Assembly: GCA_013115125.1 (NCBI GenBank)
Contig: JABANN010000384.1
Location: 1-33,743, forward strand
Length of the DNA stretch: 33,743 nucleotides
Direction: 5' to 3'
DNA from: Perkinsus olseni
Lineage: Eukaryota
Shown in pieces: positions 10,999 to 22,442 of the stretch (positions within the stretch are counted from its first letter, which is position 1; each line of letters opens with the position of its first letter). The position numbers were made by a program, and so were the translations under genes. Below the pieces are notes generated by a model. It was given only the letters and a program-made list of their open reading frames with translations. It was not told the origin of the DNA and did not search any database.

Positions 10999-11775
10999 AT
11001 GGTCGTTCCCCTCCTCCTTGCCCTCCTGTCACTAACCTTTCACCCACAGGAAGTCGTCGGCAGTATCCTGCATAGAAGGACTTCCCAGTACGAGCCCGTC
11101 CTGTGTGACAAGGATCGCGGCAAAGCTGGCGAGCCGTCCAATGAGGAGCTTTGTCTGGTGAAAAGCCCCGAGCATGATAGAGAGGTAGGAGGCTAGACTG
11201 TGGCTAACGAATGTACTTTCCTTCGTCAGATACTGATCACCAGTGGACTGGCTGGGCGCCATATTTCAGGAACAGTCATGGGTTTGAAAATCGACAAGCG
11301 TTGTCGTCAAGGGAAAAACTCCAAGGACTTCACCTTAGCGTCCCCGAACAAGAACTTCACCTACCGCGGCGTAGAGTACAAAGGCGGACACTCTCAAGGA
11401 GATCACACAGAGAAAAAAGTGTTCCTATCGGGCATCCGTGCGAATGGTTATGGCGTAACGCTGACCCCGATCAAGCCCATCAGTCCCACTGATGAGAGAA
11501 TCTTGGAAGGTCGCAGTTTTACATCCCTCGACGGCAAAGTGAGGCTTACTCGAGGGTTGGATGAGGATGGAGAATTCAACTGGCGCATCTGCTACGAACA
11601 GATGGAGGGCGATTACTGTAAACCATCCTCCGTTAAGAATAACGACTTCATCATCAGGAGCCAGCTAGATAACTTCAAGGGCACGTTCTACGACCTAAAC
11701 CCTGGCCGCGACGACCATATCATCATGTTGGCAAATTTCCTGGATAAGACTGTCCTACTAGTGAGAGAGAAGTGA
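10999..11775 (+). CDS. Secreted hypothetical protein, 2 exons (~243 aa)
   Basis: Signal-like MVVPLLLALLSLTFHPQEVVG. A phase-0 45-nt intron 11185-11229 (GTAGGA..GCTAAC..TTCGTCAG) removes the in-frame TAG and joins ORFs 10999 and 11200. Confidence 0.8.
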
Positions 11776-11799
11776 GATAGAACGATGCATGCTGTTAAT

Positions 11800-12735
11800 A
11801 ATGTGTTAATGTGTGTTGTCATGTGAACCTTTCGGTTTGTGTCAAGTCAGCAGGTGGCTGTACACCAATCATCCCCTCTTTCTGAAATATCGTGCTTGGC
11901 CTCTCCACGATTCCTCTCGTCTCCTTCGACTGCAATCATTGCTGGAGAAATATTCGCGGAATTGAATTCCGTATCCGAGGCCCTCGGCTAGAGTGACTTC
12001 TTTATTCGCCAACTTGAAGTCCCTATTTCTACCCTTCTCCTCGACCACTGGCATAGCGGCCTCACCCTAGGCCGAATACACTTCTCAATGGTATGGCCCG
12101 CATGCCCACGATCAATGCTGCTGTCTTTCGTATGGCACGAGCCAGCCTTGAGTGAGCGAAGCCTTCGATTGTGTGTGCATGGGTGCACTCGGTTTCGCTA
12201 CGGAAATACTACTTGATCGTTGTGCGATCAGTAACGATTGGTGTGAGCTAGTGAGAAGCCAGCTCGGCTCAAGTCCTGCAATTATCGGGTTCATTCTATG
12301 CCTGACAGCCCCCCAAGGGAGCGGAACGCCGGCCGTAAAACGCTTTTCCTTGCCAGTGCATCGTGTAATGGCCTTACAACTCCCCCATCATTATGAGGCC
12401 CTCCGTTGTATGGCCATCGAAAGTCTATGGGATGGTCAACACGGCAGAGAGCCGATGCATAACCTTATGGGGGATATCTTAGAGTATTGTAGGAAGCCAG
12501 CATTAACCTTGGATTGCTACCAGGAAGAGATACTCATCGATAAATGGCCTTCGAATGACTTCGCATTTGTCGACTGCGGCGTTATGTACCAGGTTTCTGC
12601 TAAGAACAGAGGAATTACATTATACCGAACTTGTGATGTTGAGGACGGTGTGCCGGAGAATACCTGAACCTCGACTCTGTACTTCCACACTCCATGAAGC
12701 GAATGCTACTGTGATGGCGATACCCGAAAGCTGTA
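11800..12735 (+). repeat. Local segmental duplication, copy 2
   Basis: Matches 5320-6313. Confidence 0.95.
12368..12735 (+). pseudogene. Truncated paralogue of the 5924 gene
   Basis: Begins MALQLPHHYEALRCMAIESLWDGQHGREPMHNLMGDILEYCRKPALTLDC, stops at 12667 after indels, and homology ends at ~12735. Confidence 0.65.
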
Positions 12736-13496
12736 CCGCGCACAATGACGGGATGAGACGGTGAGCTCATCCGTTTTGCTTCAGCGACGGGACTCCCGTC
12801 ACGGGAGGCGGCGCTTCCGGGACGCTGACATCGTCACACTAGCGTTTATTCTCGTTAATAAAAAGACTTCGCATGGTAGCTCAAGCGTTATAGTAATGAC
12901 TATCGTCCAACGGTGGACTCTTCTTCACAGAACGGGATGGAGGACTGTTGAGCCTTAGTCTTAGCAACCTTAGTAGGGACCTTGCTTCTTTCAAGCGTCG
13001 TTACAGCTCCTGAGGTACTTCTTATCCATCAGTCGAAAATCGACGTCTCAGCCCCGTTACGCGACGTTACGCCATACTACGGGAAAATCGCGGCATGTGC
13101 TCTCTCCATTGGAGAGTCACCAAGGTATGCTTAGTTCTGTCGAGCGGTTCGCGAAGCAATCATCAATAAAATCGGGTTGACGAGTGTGAGCTGCATAAAA
13201 CTAAACTGTATAAAAGATTTCCGATATATCGTACTTGTTTAGAATTGTCTGAGAAAACTACCCTAAAGTGATATGTGGCGAGCGCGACATCGGTCACGTG
13301 GTGACGTGACATCAACCTTTGCACACAGTAACGTTGGTTCATTACGTAGTCGCGAGATTCGACATCCAGAGCCCTGAGGATACCTGTTCCTCGGCGACAT
13401 TCCATCGTCAAATCTCAATGCTGCCCCAACCTTTGGCTCCACGATGAGAGATTTCTCCTCTTGCAGTTTCTTCCGAGACACAGCAGCCATCCCCCA

Positions 13497-14294
13497 ATGA
13501 TTAATCGCTTCTCGATTTGGTTTCTTTGCGCTGGAACCCTGGTCATTAGCACGGCCCAAGATGTTGGCAGGTTTGCCTTCGAGTATCCCTTCGTCAAAAT
13601 ATTTTACGATGTGAACGAAGAGAAAGAAGTTACCTTGACGTTCGACGTCCCTAGACGTATACTTGATGCACACAGAGTTGGCGAACTCGTAAGTGGTCAT
13701 CACGAGCTCGGGCCTTACCCCCTACGCAAAAAGGAGGGCTCCACCTATACAATCGACTTCGACAATTCCGGGATAACAAGCGGTGATTGGGATCAGTCCG
13801 TCGAGAATTTTTGGCGAAACACCGGAATACTCCCCTTTGACTCACCCTACTACCCTGGTGATCTGACCACTCTGACCTACGTCTCTGGTGATTCTTTCTC
13901 TGTTAACTTCCATCGCGAAGAGCAACTCTTCCTGAGACTGGGACGCCGGTTGACGCCAGGTGAATACATATACAAGGAGCCTGTGTCCCCCCATATGAGG
14001 ATAAGTTACAAAATTTACGAAAATGGATTAGGTGGTGTACTGGTTAAGTGCAGAAGGCGTAGCACTGCCCGCTTACCCCAGATGCTTTCTCCCCGCGATC
14101 GTGGTCTACCATACCTTTCCTATGCTGTGGAGTCAGCTGGACAAGGTACTTTGGATCAGTTCCTCTACCAAGTGAGATATGTGTGCCGACACAAACATGT
14201 GTTTCCCAATGACTTCTCAAGAGTGGTATTTGCCACTGAGAGGACAATCTACGTGGAGTTCGAAAGAGGTCGCCTGGCTCTCACTAAGGTCTAA
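13497..14294 (+). CDS. Intronless secreted hypothetical protein (265 aa), apparently two related beta-rich halves
   Basis: Signal-like MINRFSIWFLCAGTLVISTAQ. The halves begin VGRFAFEYP / PGEYIYKEP and end PGDLTTLTYVSGDSFSVNFHREEQLFLR / PNDFSRVVFATERTIYVEFERGRLALTK. Confidence 0.8.
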   Translation: MINRFSIWFLCAGTLVISTAQDVGRFAFEYPFVKIFYDVNEEKEVTLTFDVPRRILDAHRVGELVSGHHELGPYPLRKKEGSTYTIDFDNSGITSGDWDQSVENFWRNTGILPFDSPYYPGDLTTLTYVSGDSFSVNFHREEQLFLRLGRRLTPGEYIYKEPVSPHMRISYKIYENGLGGVLVKCRRRSTARLPQMLSPRDRGLPYLSYAVESAGQGTLDQFLYQVRYVCRHKHVFPNDFSRVVFATERTIYVEFERGRLALTKV

Positions 14295-15547
14295 GCAGTC
14301 CGTGTTGTGATACATCCGGCATCGTGCAATAGACTGTTGATAGATGATGTTTGGCCGTTGGAGCTACTGTTACTCGAAAAGTTACGGTAACAATCTACGC
14401 GCTCTGGTGCGCTGCCACCCCTATTTATTATCGTGAAGGGACTACGAATGGCGAGACGGGGCGAGTGATGTCCTCGTCTACAGGACTTGTATTGGTGAAG
14501 ATGGTGGTGGCATCTTGGCAGAGGATTGCAACAGATTCTGACTTTTTGGACTAGAGAATTGTTTCTAATGCTACCGATCACGTGTCTGGTAGTCTGTAAG
14601 AGTGAGTGAGGGGCGTCTCACGACATTCAACCTCACATCTCGTGACATCTTCTGTCACACAGTGAGTGACATTCGTCTCACGACGGTTCAACCTCTTTAA
14701 TGGTTGTGAACTGTAAGCTGATTGTGAACCACGATACATGTGAGGCGATGAGTGCATGCTACAGAAATTGCTTGTCTGATCTTCTGTAAAGGTGGCAGTC
14801 CCGATGCCAGGCGAAATGCGGAAACGGCGAACCATAATTGCGCTATTCGTTGTGGAATTTGGTTCTCAGAAAGAGATGGACAATGACGCACGATCTTATT
14901 CCAGTGGCTGACCTTTTCTGAGTTACTCGTATGCACTCCTGACCATCCTCTTGAAAGATCTCATGCGGCCTACTGCTTCATCCTAACCCGCTGTGTTACG
15001 CTACACAGAACTGAACGCGGTGCCATCAGCTTTTCAGGAGAGGGCTAACTTGATGGTTGACCATCTCCATTAGGGATATGGAAATATAGTATTTTTAAAA
15101 TACTGATATCGACTCTATTCTGGGTCTCCGAAGACCCGTGTACAGAGCGAACTGATCAAGATGGCCATAGCTCGGCCCGAGCAAACTGGGCATACTGAGA
15201 ACAACATACCGCCGCACTATAGTGCGGAGGACACCGACTGTTTTCGAGTATTATCCTCATCGCCGTCGCTTCACCGCACGTGTTTTTGAGGATTATTGAC
15301 TCTTAGATTCAGCACTTATGATCGTTAAACACGGAGAAAATGATACACGAAAGCGAGATCCCCGACCCTCCAAAGAACGTCCTTCACGAACGGGAACTCA
15401 GGCAGTCTGTTTCCCTCAGTCTGTATACTTCTTCCCCTCAGGCGAGGGGACATCAAATCCTGATCGACTAAGAAGGCACTAAGCATAATACTCGACGAAG
15501 CAATCTCAACCGGCTGCTAGTATTCACACGAGGGGAAGGCACAAGTC

Positions 15548-15969
15548 CTAGACTTCATATTGGGAAGTCTGGAGCACCAGGAATGCCCCATCCGGATAGT
15601 AAAAGCTATCCACCATCAGCTTGTGGTTGTAGTAGCCTTTCGAGTCCTCGACCAGAGCCTCGCACGCATAACCGAGAGTGAGGTCCCAAACATACTCGCT
15701 GAAATGAGCCCTGAACCCACAGCCATATGTAGGTTCCGGCAAGCTCTCGTTAGATTTGCTGTAGAATGCGACGTACCCTCCAGACGAATCCTCAATTTTC
15801 ACCTTGCCGACCTTCTGCGACGCACAGCCAAACGTACCGACGAACGGGTATGGCTCGCTCGTAGTTGAACTAGCGGAGGTGGCATTATGACCTTCGTAAG
15901 GACCTCCGAGAGCAGCTCTACTGGCAGCGAAGAACAGGCAGAGACGAATGAGCTGTCGGTGGATACCAT
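15548..15969 (-). pseudogene. Small secreted protein, paralogue 3, with a 1-nt deletion in the signal peptide
   Basis: ATG GTA TCC ACC GA-CAG CTC ATT CGT versus paralogue 2 ATG GTA TCT AGC AAA CAG CTG GTT CGT. The downstream frame has YPFVGTFGC, LPEPTYGCGFRAH and LGYACEALVEDSKGYYNH. Confidence 0.7.
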
Positions 15970-17037
15970 CGGAGATACCACGCTTAGAATCACTAAGACA
16001 TATACCACACATAACAGCGGTCACATCCGAGAGTGCATTCAATGCGATGTTCGCGGCCTGCCACGCTGCACTTAGACGGGAGACCAAGAATGCATGTGTG
16101 CACTTGGACGTATGGACGCACAAGTTACGAAGGCGCACATCAGGAGTAGGACGGGAAGCAAGGTTTGGTGGCCAGCAGCCATGATTGACGTAACGAAAAC
16201 GTGATAAGAGACTTCTCAGTAGTGCGTCAACGAGCATCTTCTTGATAGCTGGTCTACACTGGTCACTATAGTGCTCTGCTTGACACATGCCAGTAGTCAG
16301 TGCGTTGTGAGCGGGAGAGACGCCAATGAACATGTACATGTGCCCTATTGGCCCGTATGGGTACGCGAATATCCCGCACAGGGCTCAAAGAGCGGCCAAC
16401 CTGCACTCGGGGAGGGTTCAGGGAGGACGGGTGTTCACTACCGCTCGCTCCCAGGTGTCCTGGAGGTACCGCGATAGAGGGACTCGAAGAGAGGCCAGGA
16501 GATGTGGTTCGTATGAGACACAGTAGCAATGCAGTTGCTGCTATAATACAGTGCATTGCATGAACGGCTATTCGGCCGGTGAACTCCTGTCGACGAAATA
16601 ATCACTACTTAGTTGAGTCTTCGTAACCCGTGCCTTGGATGGTGGTTCTGTTCTGTCTTCGGACAGGTCAGAGAATTTCGAGTCGCAAGCTGACAATCTC
16701 CCTTTGCGGAATGACGGCCTCAAACTCGGGATAATATTAAGGTCATCGTGTGCCTAGTGATAGTGCTGCATGAGATCCAGACTTGCTGTTGGTCAGTACT
16801 GTTTAACAGGATTACTCGCGGTGGGTGGGCCAGCAGCAGTCCACCGGCACCATACTCCCATTACAGCCTTCATCAGTATTCGTGCGAGTAGCGGTACGTC
16901 ATGACCAACACAAAAGCAGCGTCCTTGCCGACTTCATTGCTACAAAAACTCAAAGCAGACGAAATGTGTAATAAAAATGCTATCTTGCTATCATCATTAT
17001 ATAGGTTCATTGATCACCCTGTTCTTGAAGGCTGCCG

Positions 17038-17727
17038 TTACCAACAACCCAATGTGTTTTCGCTGCTGTACGTGACATACCTGACCAGAGAGCATCAGAG
17101 CCGACCAACAGGCTTACACCAATAATTACAGGAAACCATCTTCGTCTTTGAACTTCTCGTAGAGTTCGTTCATGGTCTCACCTGCAACGATCATCTTCAA
17201 ATCAGGAGACCGATCAGAGGGCCGTTGGACTTACCAGTTTTTGGCACAACATTCTTACCGACGAAAATGTATATCGTCTCGTTCGAAGAGTGCTTCATCG
17301 CCGTATCTAAGCCCAGGTAGAGTCTTGAGCAGGGCAAAAGGTGCTAATCCCGAGAACATCGAGATCGCCTACCCTCGCCACTCTCATCTGGCTGAGAATC
17401 CGTATCGGGCCTGAAGATGCTCTTGTGCACTATGTACTTGAATTCACCACAGAGCATGTTGCCCGGCACCAAAAACTTTTGCTTCTCGATATCGGGCAAC
17501 TCACTCCTCTCGTGCCTAAGGTGCACCACATCTGAACCGGACTGAAGGCGAGGACGTCGGCCGACTTCTCCGCAATCACGGGGATTCTCTCAGGGTATTT
17601 TTGCAGAATTTTTCGCGACTCATTTCGACGCTTTTCTGAAGGAAAAAAGATCATCTCCACTCAAGCACTCAGCCGACCTACCCAAGGAGTGCTTATTACG
17701 ATAGCAGCTCGACCTAGGAGTTGTCAT
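17038..17727 (-). CDS. ATG8: Autophagy-related protein 8 (ATG8/GABARAP family), 6 exons, 141 aa
   Basis: Exons 17682-17727, 17566-17635, 17373-17515, 17235-17306, 17130-17181 and 17038-17080, all GT-AG. Protein: ...EKRRNESRKILQKYPERIPVIAEK...LPDIEKQKFLVPGNMLCGEFKYIVHK...TIYIFVG...[28 protein letters not shown]. Confidence 0.96.
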
Positions 17728-17999
17728 GCTAGCAAAACTTGCCGTCTACCGGAAAAAATTTATCACCCTCTCCCCGATAAGCGAATTGATCAACTCAACA
17801 GAGCAGCAGAGTTCGTTTGCGCGCAAAATTCCTCTTTCCGATCCCCTATGTCTATCATCATCCAGAGCTTGATGACGATGATCATACTGACGTCGTCTTC
17901 GCCTAGCTGTGGCTCTACCACTGAAGAATAGTAGCAGGAACAGCACTCGGACAACGGGTTGCCATCAGTGCTGTTGCCCTACGAGAAATTACCATACAA

Positions 18000-19215
18000 A
18001 TAACGAAGCAGCAGCAGCAGTGGATTAAGCAGCAGCAGGCGACGCTGGCAGCAATCACGACAAGCATCGGACGATGGGCGACATGAAGCGGACGACGATA
18101 AGGACAGCTGGTGGGTTACACAGTAACCCAAGGACTTCATCACGATGATGATCAAACATACCCGAGACGTGAAGAGTCAGCGTAGTTGGAAACATCATAT
18201 CCGACGCGAGAGGCCGTCAAGCGAGACGACCAGGTCAAGCACGGATAATAAGACGGCGCCAAAGGATACGCCAAAACTTAGAGAACGCCTTCAGGCAGTT
18301 GTTGTTGTTGTTGTTATCAGGGCGGCGGCGGCGGCGTGAGTAGCGGCAAGGATGCTTGGGGAGAACCTCTTGGATCTTGCCACTAGTTGATCATACAGTT
18401 CTTGATGATGTTTATGGGGAGGAGAAGAAAATACAGATAGTTGTTAAGACGAATAAGGAGATGACGATAGTGATGACGAGAACAGCAGCAGCAGCAGCAG
18501 CAGTAGCAACGATGATGATAGCGAAGACAGTTGTAGTACAGAAGTCGAAGTAGACAGTACTCACCAAACCAGCAGCATCGCTTCGACGATGCCTGAGTAG
18601 ATCGTGACGATCAGAAGCTGGCGAGGCGAGCTAAGATTTAGCAATGGAGTGGTATCAGTAGTAGTAAATCTGCACGCATGCACAGAATAAAAGGACTCAT
18701 ATTCGCAGCAATAGTACGTTGAGAATGCTGACCAGCCATGACAGTGCCTCGCCTAGAGTTTTATCATTATAGCTGCTATTACGGCCAATTATCATTATTT
18801 TTCCACACTCCTCGTTGCAGTAATCAATGAAAAGGATACGGCACTGGGCGGTAATAACAACAACAGCAGCAGCGGTGACGACGACGTTAATGACAACTAC
18901 TACTACGACAACAACAACAACTACATCAACTTCGCGATGATCAAAGCGGCTGATAGGACGGCGAGTACAAGCCGAGAATAGCAACAGTAGCAGGACGACA
19001 ATATTGGGATAGTGATATTATTACACGTTAATGGAGCTGCTGTCATGTTCCAAGACGAACCGAGCGCATCCAAATTTACTGTCACCACCATCAGACATGA
19101 CTATTTTATCGTATAATAATAGGGGGATAAGCATCAGGGATTGAGTGCTCGCATCGTCAACGAAGACGATGATAATGATGATCAGGAATGAAGGGGAGCT
19201 GCTACTGCTGCTACG
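18000..19215. repeat. Low-complexity intergenic/UTR tract with short trinucleotide microsatellites (GCA, GTT, GCG, ACA, GAT)
   Basis: Examples are (GTT)n(GCG)n at ~18298-18336, (GCA)n at ~18484-18503 and the ACA/ACT runs at ~18855-18925. No convincing ORF. Confidence 0.6.
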
Positions 19216-19245
19216 CTTGGCTGTATGATGCCGCCAGAGGTCTGC

Positions 19246-21256
19246 TTAGAAGTACTGGCAACCAGTATGCTTCATCACTTGTCGAGCGCAGTATCTGAAA
19301 TGATGGCCAATGCTACCCGCAAGCGCGGACAGGTCTGCGTACATGCCCTCCTCGACACCATCCATAATCATTTGTCTCGTGATCGAGTGCCATGCATTGG
19401 ACCGAGAACCTGCATAGGGAGGCACCAATGAGCCCAACCAGCAAACCTCGCGTGGAGCAACAACTCGAGGGAAGGGAAAAGCTCTCCGGGACACATAAAC
19501 TTGTAACTCAATTACCGTCATCAGGAAGCACCTCGCTTGAATCGTCGTCACTCAGGCTCGAGAGTGAGCTCTCGACCGGGGATGGAACACTACGTGGGGT
19601 TAGATCGCGGGCCAGTAACCTACCGCCAAGACCCCGTACAGACCATGCAGGCATCAGCAGCCCTTCTTACCTGGCGTAGATCGCAGCAATGAAGCCACCG
19701 ACAAATCCGTCTCCAGCGCCGATGTCGTCAGAGATGGCCAGGGGATCGAGATCCCGAACGGTGTGAGCGAACGCATCGCAAGTATCCGTCAGATTGCTAC
19801 AACATATAACCGGGTCGGGACCTGCGGTAAAAAAATCACCCCCTTCCTCGACGGCCGATACGCCCACCTTGAGTCATGATGGCCCAAGCCCCGGGCTTCA
19901 TGAAAGCTGACACAGCCTCAGCGATCTCACGCGGACTCATTTTAGATATTCCCGCGATACCTGACCAAGATGAAGATAATGCCAACGCGGATGGGAGCTG
20001 TAGAGTGCTCACCGAGATGCTCGGCGAACGCCGTGAACTCCACCTCGTTGCCGAAAACAACGTCACAAGCATGTTTTGCCATGTACGTCTGCAGAGAGTG
20101 GGAGTGCTGTGGGGACGCGAGGGAGGACTAGACTTACGAAATCATCGTTCTTGCAGGCCCAGGCAGCACTGAGACCAGCAAACAACTTCGTGTAACCAGA
20201 TTTGATCTGGGGATGGTTAGGAATGTATCTAACAGCAACATGCTTGCGACTCCGACTCCACAGGAGTTGGTGGAAGTATGGTACGTACTCTCTGCATGCA
20301 TATCCGTCCCCACAAGCGTAAAACGCAGTCGTATACAATATCCTGCAATCGGTGGGAATGCCCCTATCAGGGCCGGCTCGGAAATCTGGAGCCACTCCCA
20401 AATCCGTGATCATCGTCCCTGAAAAGAAGGAAAGAAAATTACAAATCTTAGCGGAGCGAAGTTCCTTCTACGTTTCTTATCCTTGAGAAGCGCACAGCAC
20501 TTTCCAGTGCGGCCGCCAGGGAACACCTACCAACAGCCAGGGGCGTTTCCGAGGAGCCCGCCGACTGAGGTTGAGGTTGATTACCTCAAAGTCCGTCTCA
20601 AGGCCAGCCTCGGCGCAGGCTTCTCGCAATACGTTGCCATATTCATCATCGCCGACACTACCGACGATCCGAACCGACGTGTTGGCGAAGCTCACATCCT
20701 GAGAAACACTAGCGCTCGCCCAGGTGATCGATTTGATGAGCACTCCTTACATTGTATTCCGGATCGGTCTCGTGGCGGTCGAACCACCACTTAACGCCTC
20801 TCAAGGAGTTCATCGCCTGCCCTCCCGCAATGCGCTGAGATCGAGCAACAAAGATACTCCACGGTTCCCACAGACGACCGAAAGCAGCCTTACATGCACT
20901 GTCAATTCCCCGTCTCCCAACATTCGCGCAAACAGCTTCTTGTCTTCGTCACTTCCTGAATAACAAAGAACAATCATAAGTAAAAGACGGATGGAGAACG
21001 GGAAATTGCGGGAAAAAATAATACCATCCGTGAGCCTCTGAGTGTTGACTTTCAAACCGAAGCCATTGGCATCATCAACAGTAGCCACCAAATCCAATAT
21101 AGGGTGGTCGTATGATACAACGCTGAAGCTCTCAGCAGCAACACCCAAGGGACAAGGACAAGGACACGCAGCGTTGGTCGTCATAGGAGTCGAAGTCCTT
21201 GCCAATAACGATGTTGATGATGACACATCGTCGGTGGCCGCGGCAGATTCAGCCAT
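19246..21256 (-). CDS. Adenosine kinase-like PfkB/ribokinase-family protein, multi-exon (isoform using proximal first exon 21025-21256)
   Basis: Spliced exons 21025-21256, 20894-20955, 20751-20834, 20585-20698, 20472-20526, 20418 onward. They give HPILDL, GGQAMNS, VGSVGDDEYG, TGKCCALL..K.RTMITDLG, FGNEVE (NxxE), IMTQGPDP, DDIGAGDGFVGGF (PfkB anion hole) and a C-terminal QVMKHTGCQYF*. Confidence 0.9.
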
Positions 21257-21546
21257 ACTACGGAGGGGCTTAGGAAAGAAGGGCTGACACCGCGATAGTA
21301 GTGAAACCAGTAATAATAATGAGAAACAATCCCTATTGAAAAGTTGCCATTTTTAGGTCATCAAGCAGCTCTACGTGTCAGCCCGACAACCAGCCCCTAC
21401 CATAGCAGACCAGAATTACCGCGCGCCACGAAATTCACACCCTGTCCCTTGGGTGATGCTGCTGCTCATATTCCAATGCCGGGCTGACACGAGAGCCCCC
21501 CACAAACGACAGCGAAAATTCCGAAACGAGCCTCGCGCCACCCCAC

Positions 21547-21805
21547 CCTTCGCAAGCCGCTGCGTCGCCGGTTCAAGTCCATACGTCTCGAAGTCGTCGA
21601 TGGTCGCCACGAGGTCCAGCAGAGGGTGGCAGAGCCCCACAATGCTGGCGAACTCGTTAGACAGACCATCAAGGTGCTGCCGGGCCGACGAAGCATCCTC
21701 CGACTCATCGAAGGTGCTCAAGGTGGCGGACGACGAATAATCGTGGTCACACGACCCGTCGGCCACGACGACGGCTGGACTTGACGACGAGGCGACTATC
21801 GCCAT
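21547..21805 (-). CDS. Alternative (distal) first coding exon of the adenosine kinase-like gene
   Basis: 86 codons + 1 nt ending SIVGLCHPLLDLVATIDDFETYGLEPATQRLAKG|GT. Homologous to the proximal exon (SVVSYDHPILDLVATVDDANGFGLKVNTQRLTDG|GT), with the same phase-1 donor position. Confidence 0.78.
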
Positions 21806-21927
21806 ATGGGTAAAGGAGGAAAATTGCTACAGGAAAGAACATGAAAGATCATGCGGGGCTTGCAACGATGTGAGAGGAGCTGAACGCAAAAATAATAGGA
21901 GGACTTTGTCAAATAGTAAAATAGTAA

Positions 21928-22442
21928 TCAACCGAGATTGTGTTCTCGTTTAAGCCGTTCGATCTCTTCTTTCTGTCCCTCGGCATCAAGTTTCTTCTGG
22001 AGGCGAGTCGGGCTATAGTACAGGCATACCAGGTATCGACCTGATCACCATTATCAATACCACACCAATCGCAACTCCTGATCAATGACGTCCTACCGGC
22101 AACATTGAAGCCACTAAGGTGATCGACTGCGTTCTTAGCGTCATAGATGTCATCGTAAATAACGAAGGCCGTACCCTGCAACGATCACGGGGTGCCGAGT
22201 CGTCAAAAACACCGCTGCTGCTGTTGTTTGTATTACCTTCGTGCCGGGAGCATTCCCCTTCCTTATCTGCCGGATCGACCCGAACTTGCCAAAGACATCA
22301 TACAGTTCATCTGGCTTGATCTTGTACGGTAGATTCCGTACCTGCAGGAGAAGCGCTAAGATACGCCCTAGGTTGAAGCTCGACCTACATAGATGATCCT
22401 GTTCACCTCGGGAGGTAGCCGTACTCGACCGCGAGCAGCCAT
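21928..22442 (-). CDS. SF3B6: Pre-mRNA branch site protein p14 (SF3b subunit 6), 4 exons, 116 aa
   Basis: Exons 22389-22442, 22237-22341, 22097-22175 and 21928-22040 give [88 protein letters not shown]..., the characteristic p14 RRM. Confidence 0.97.

Noticed and set aside
11194-11196. Stop-codon readthrough between in-frame ORFs 10999 and 11200
   Set aside because: The TAG lies inside a canonical 45-nt intron with a CTAAC branch site.
13425-13442. SL relic (CTTTGGCTCCAC) before the 13497 gene; similarly GCCATCTTG on the minus strand near 15160
   Set aside because: Matches of 7-9 nt are expected by chance.
15970-16339. N-terminal ~120 aa of ORF 15548-16339
   Set aside because: Paralogue comparison places the true start at 15969, so the upstream part is a fortuitous open frame.
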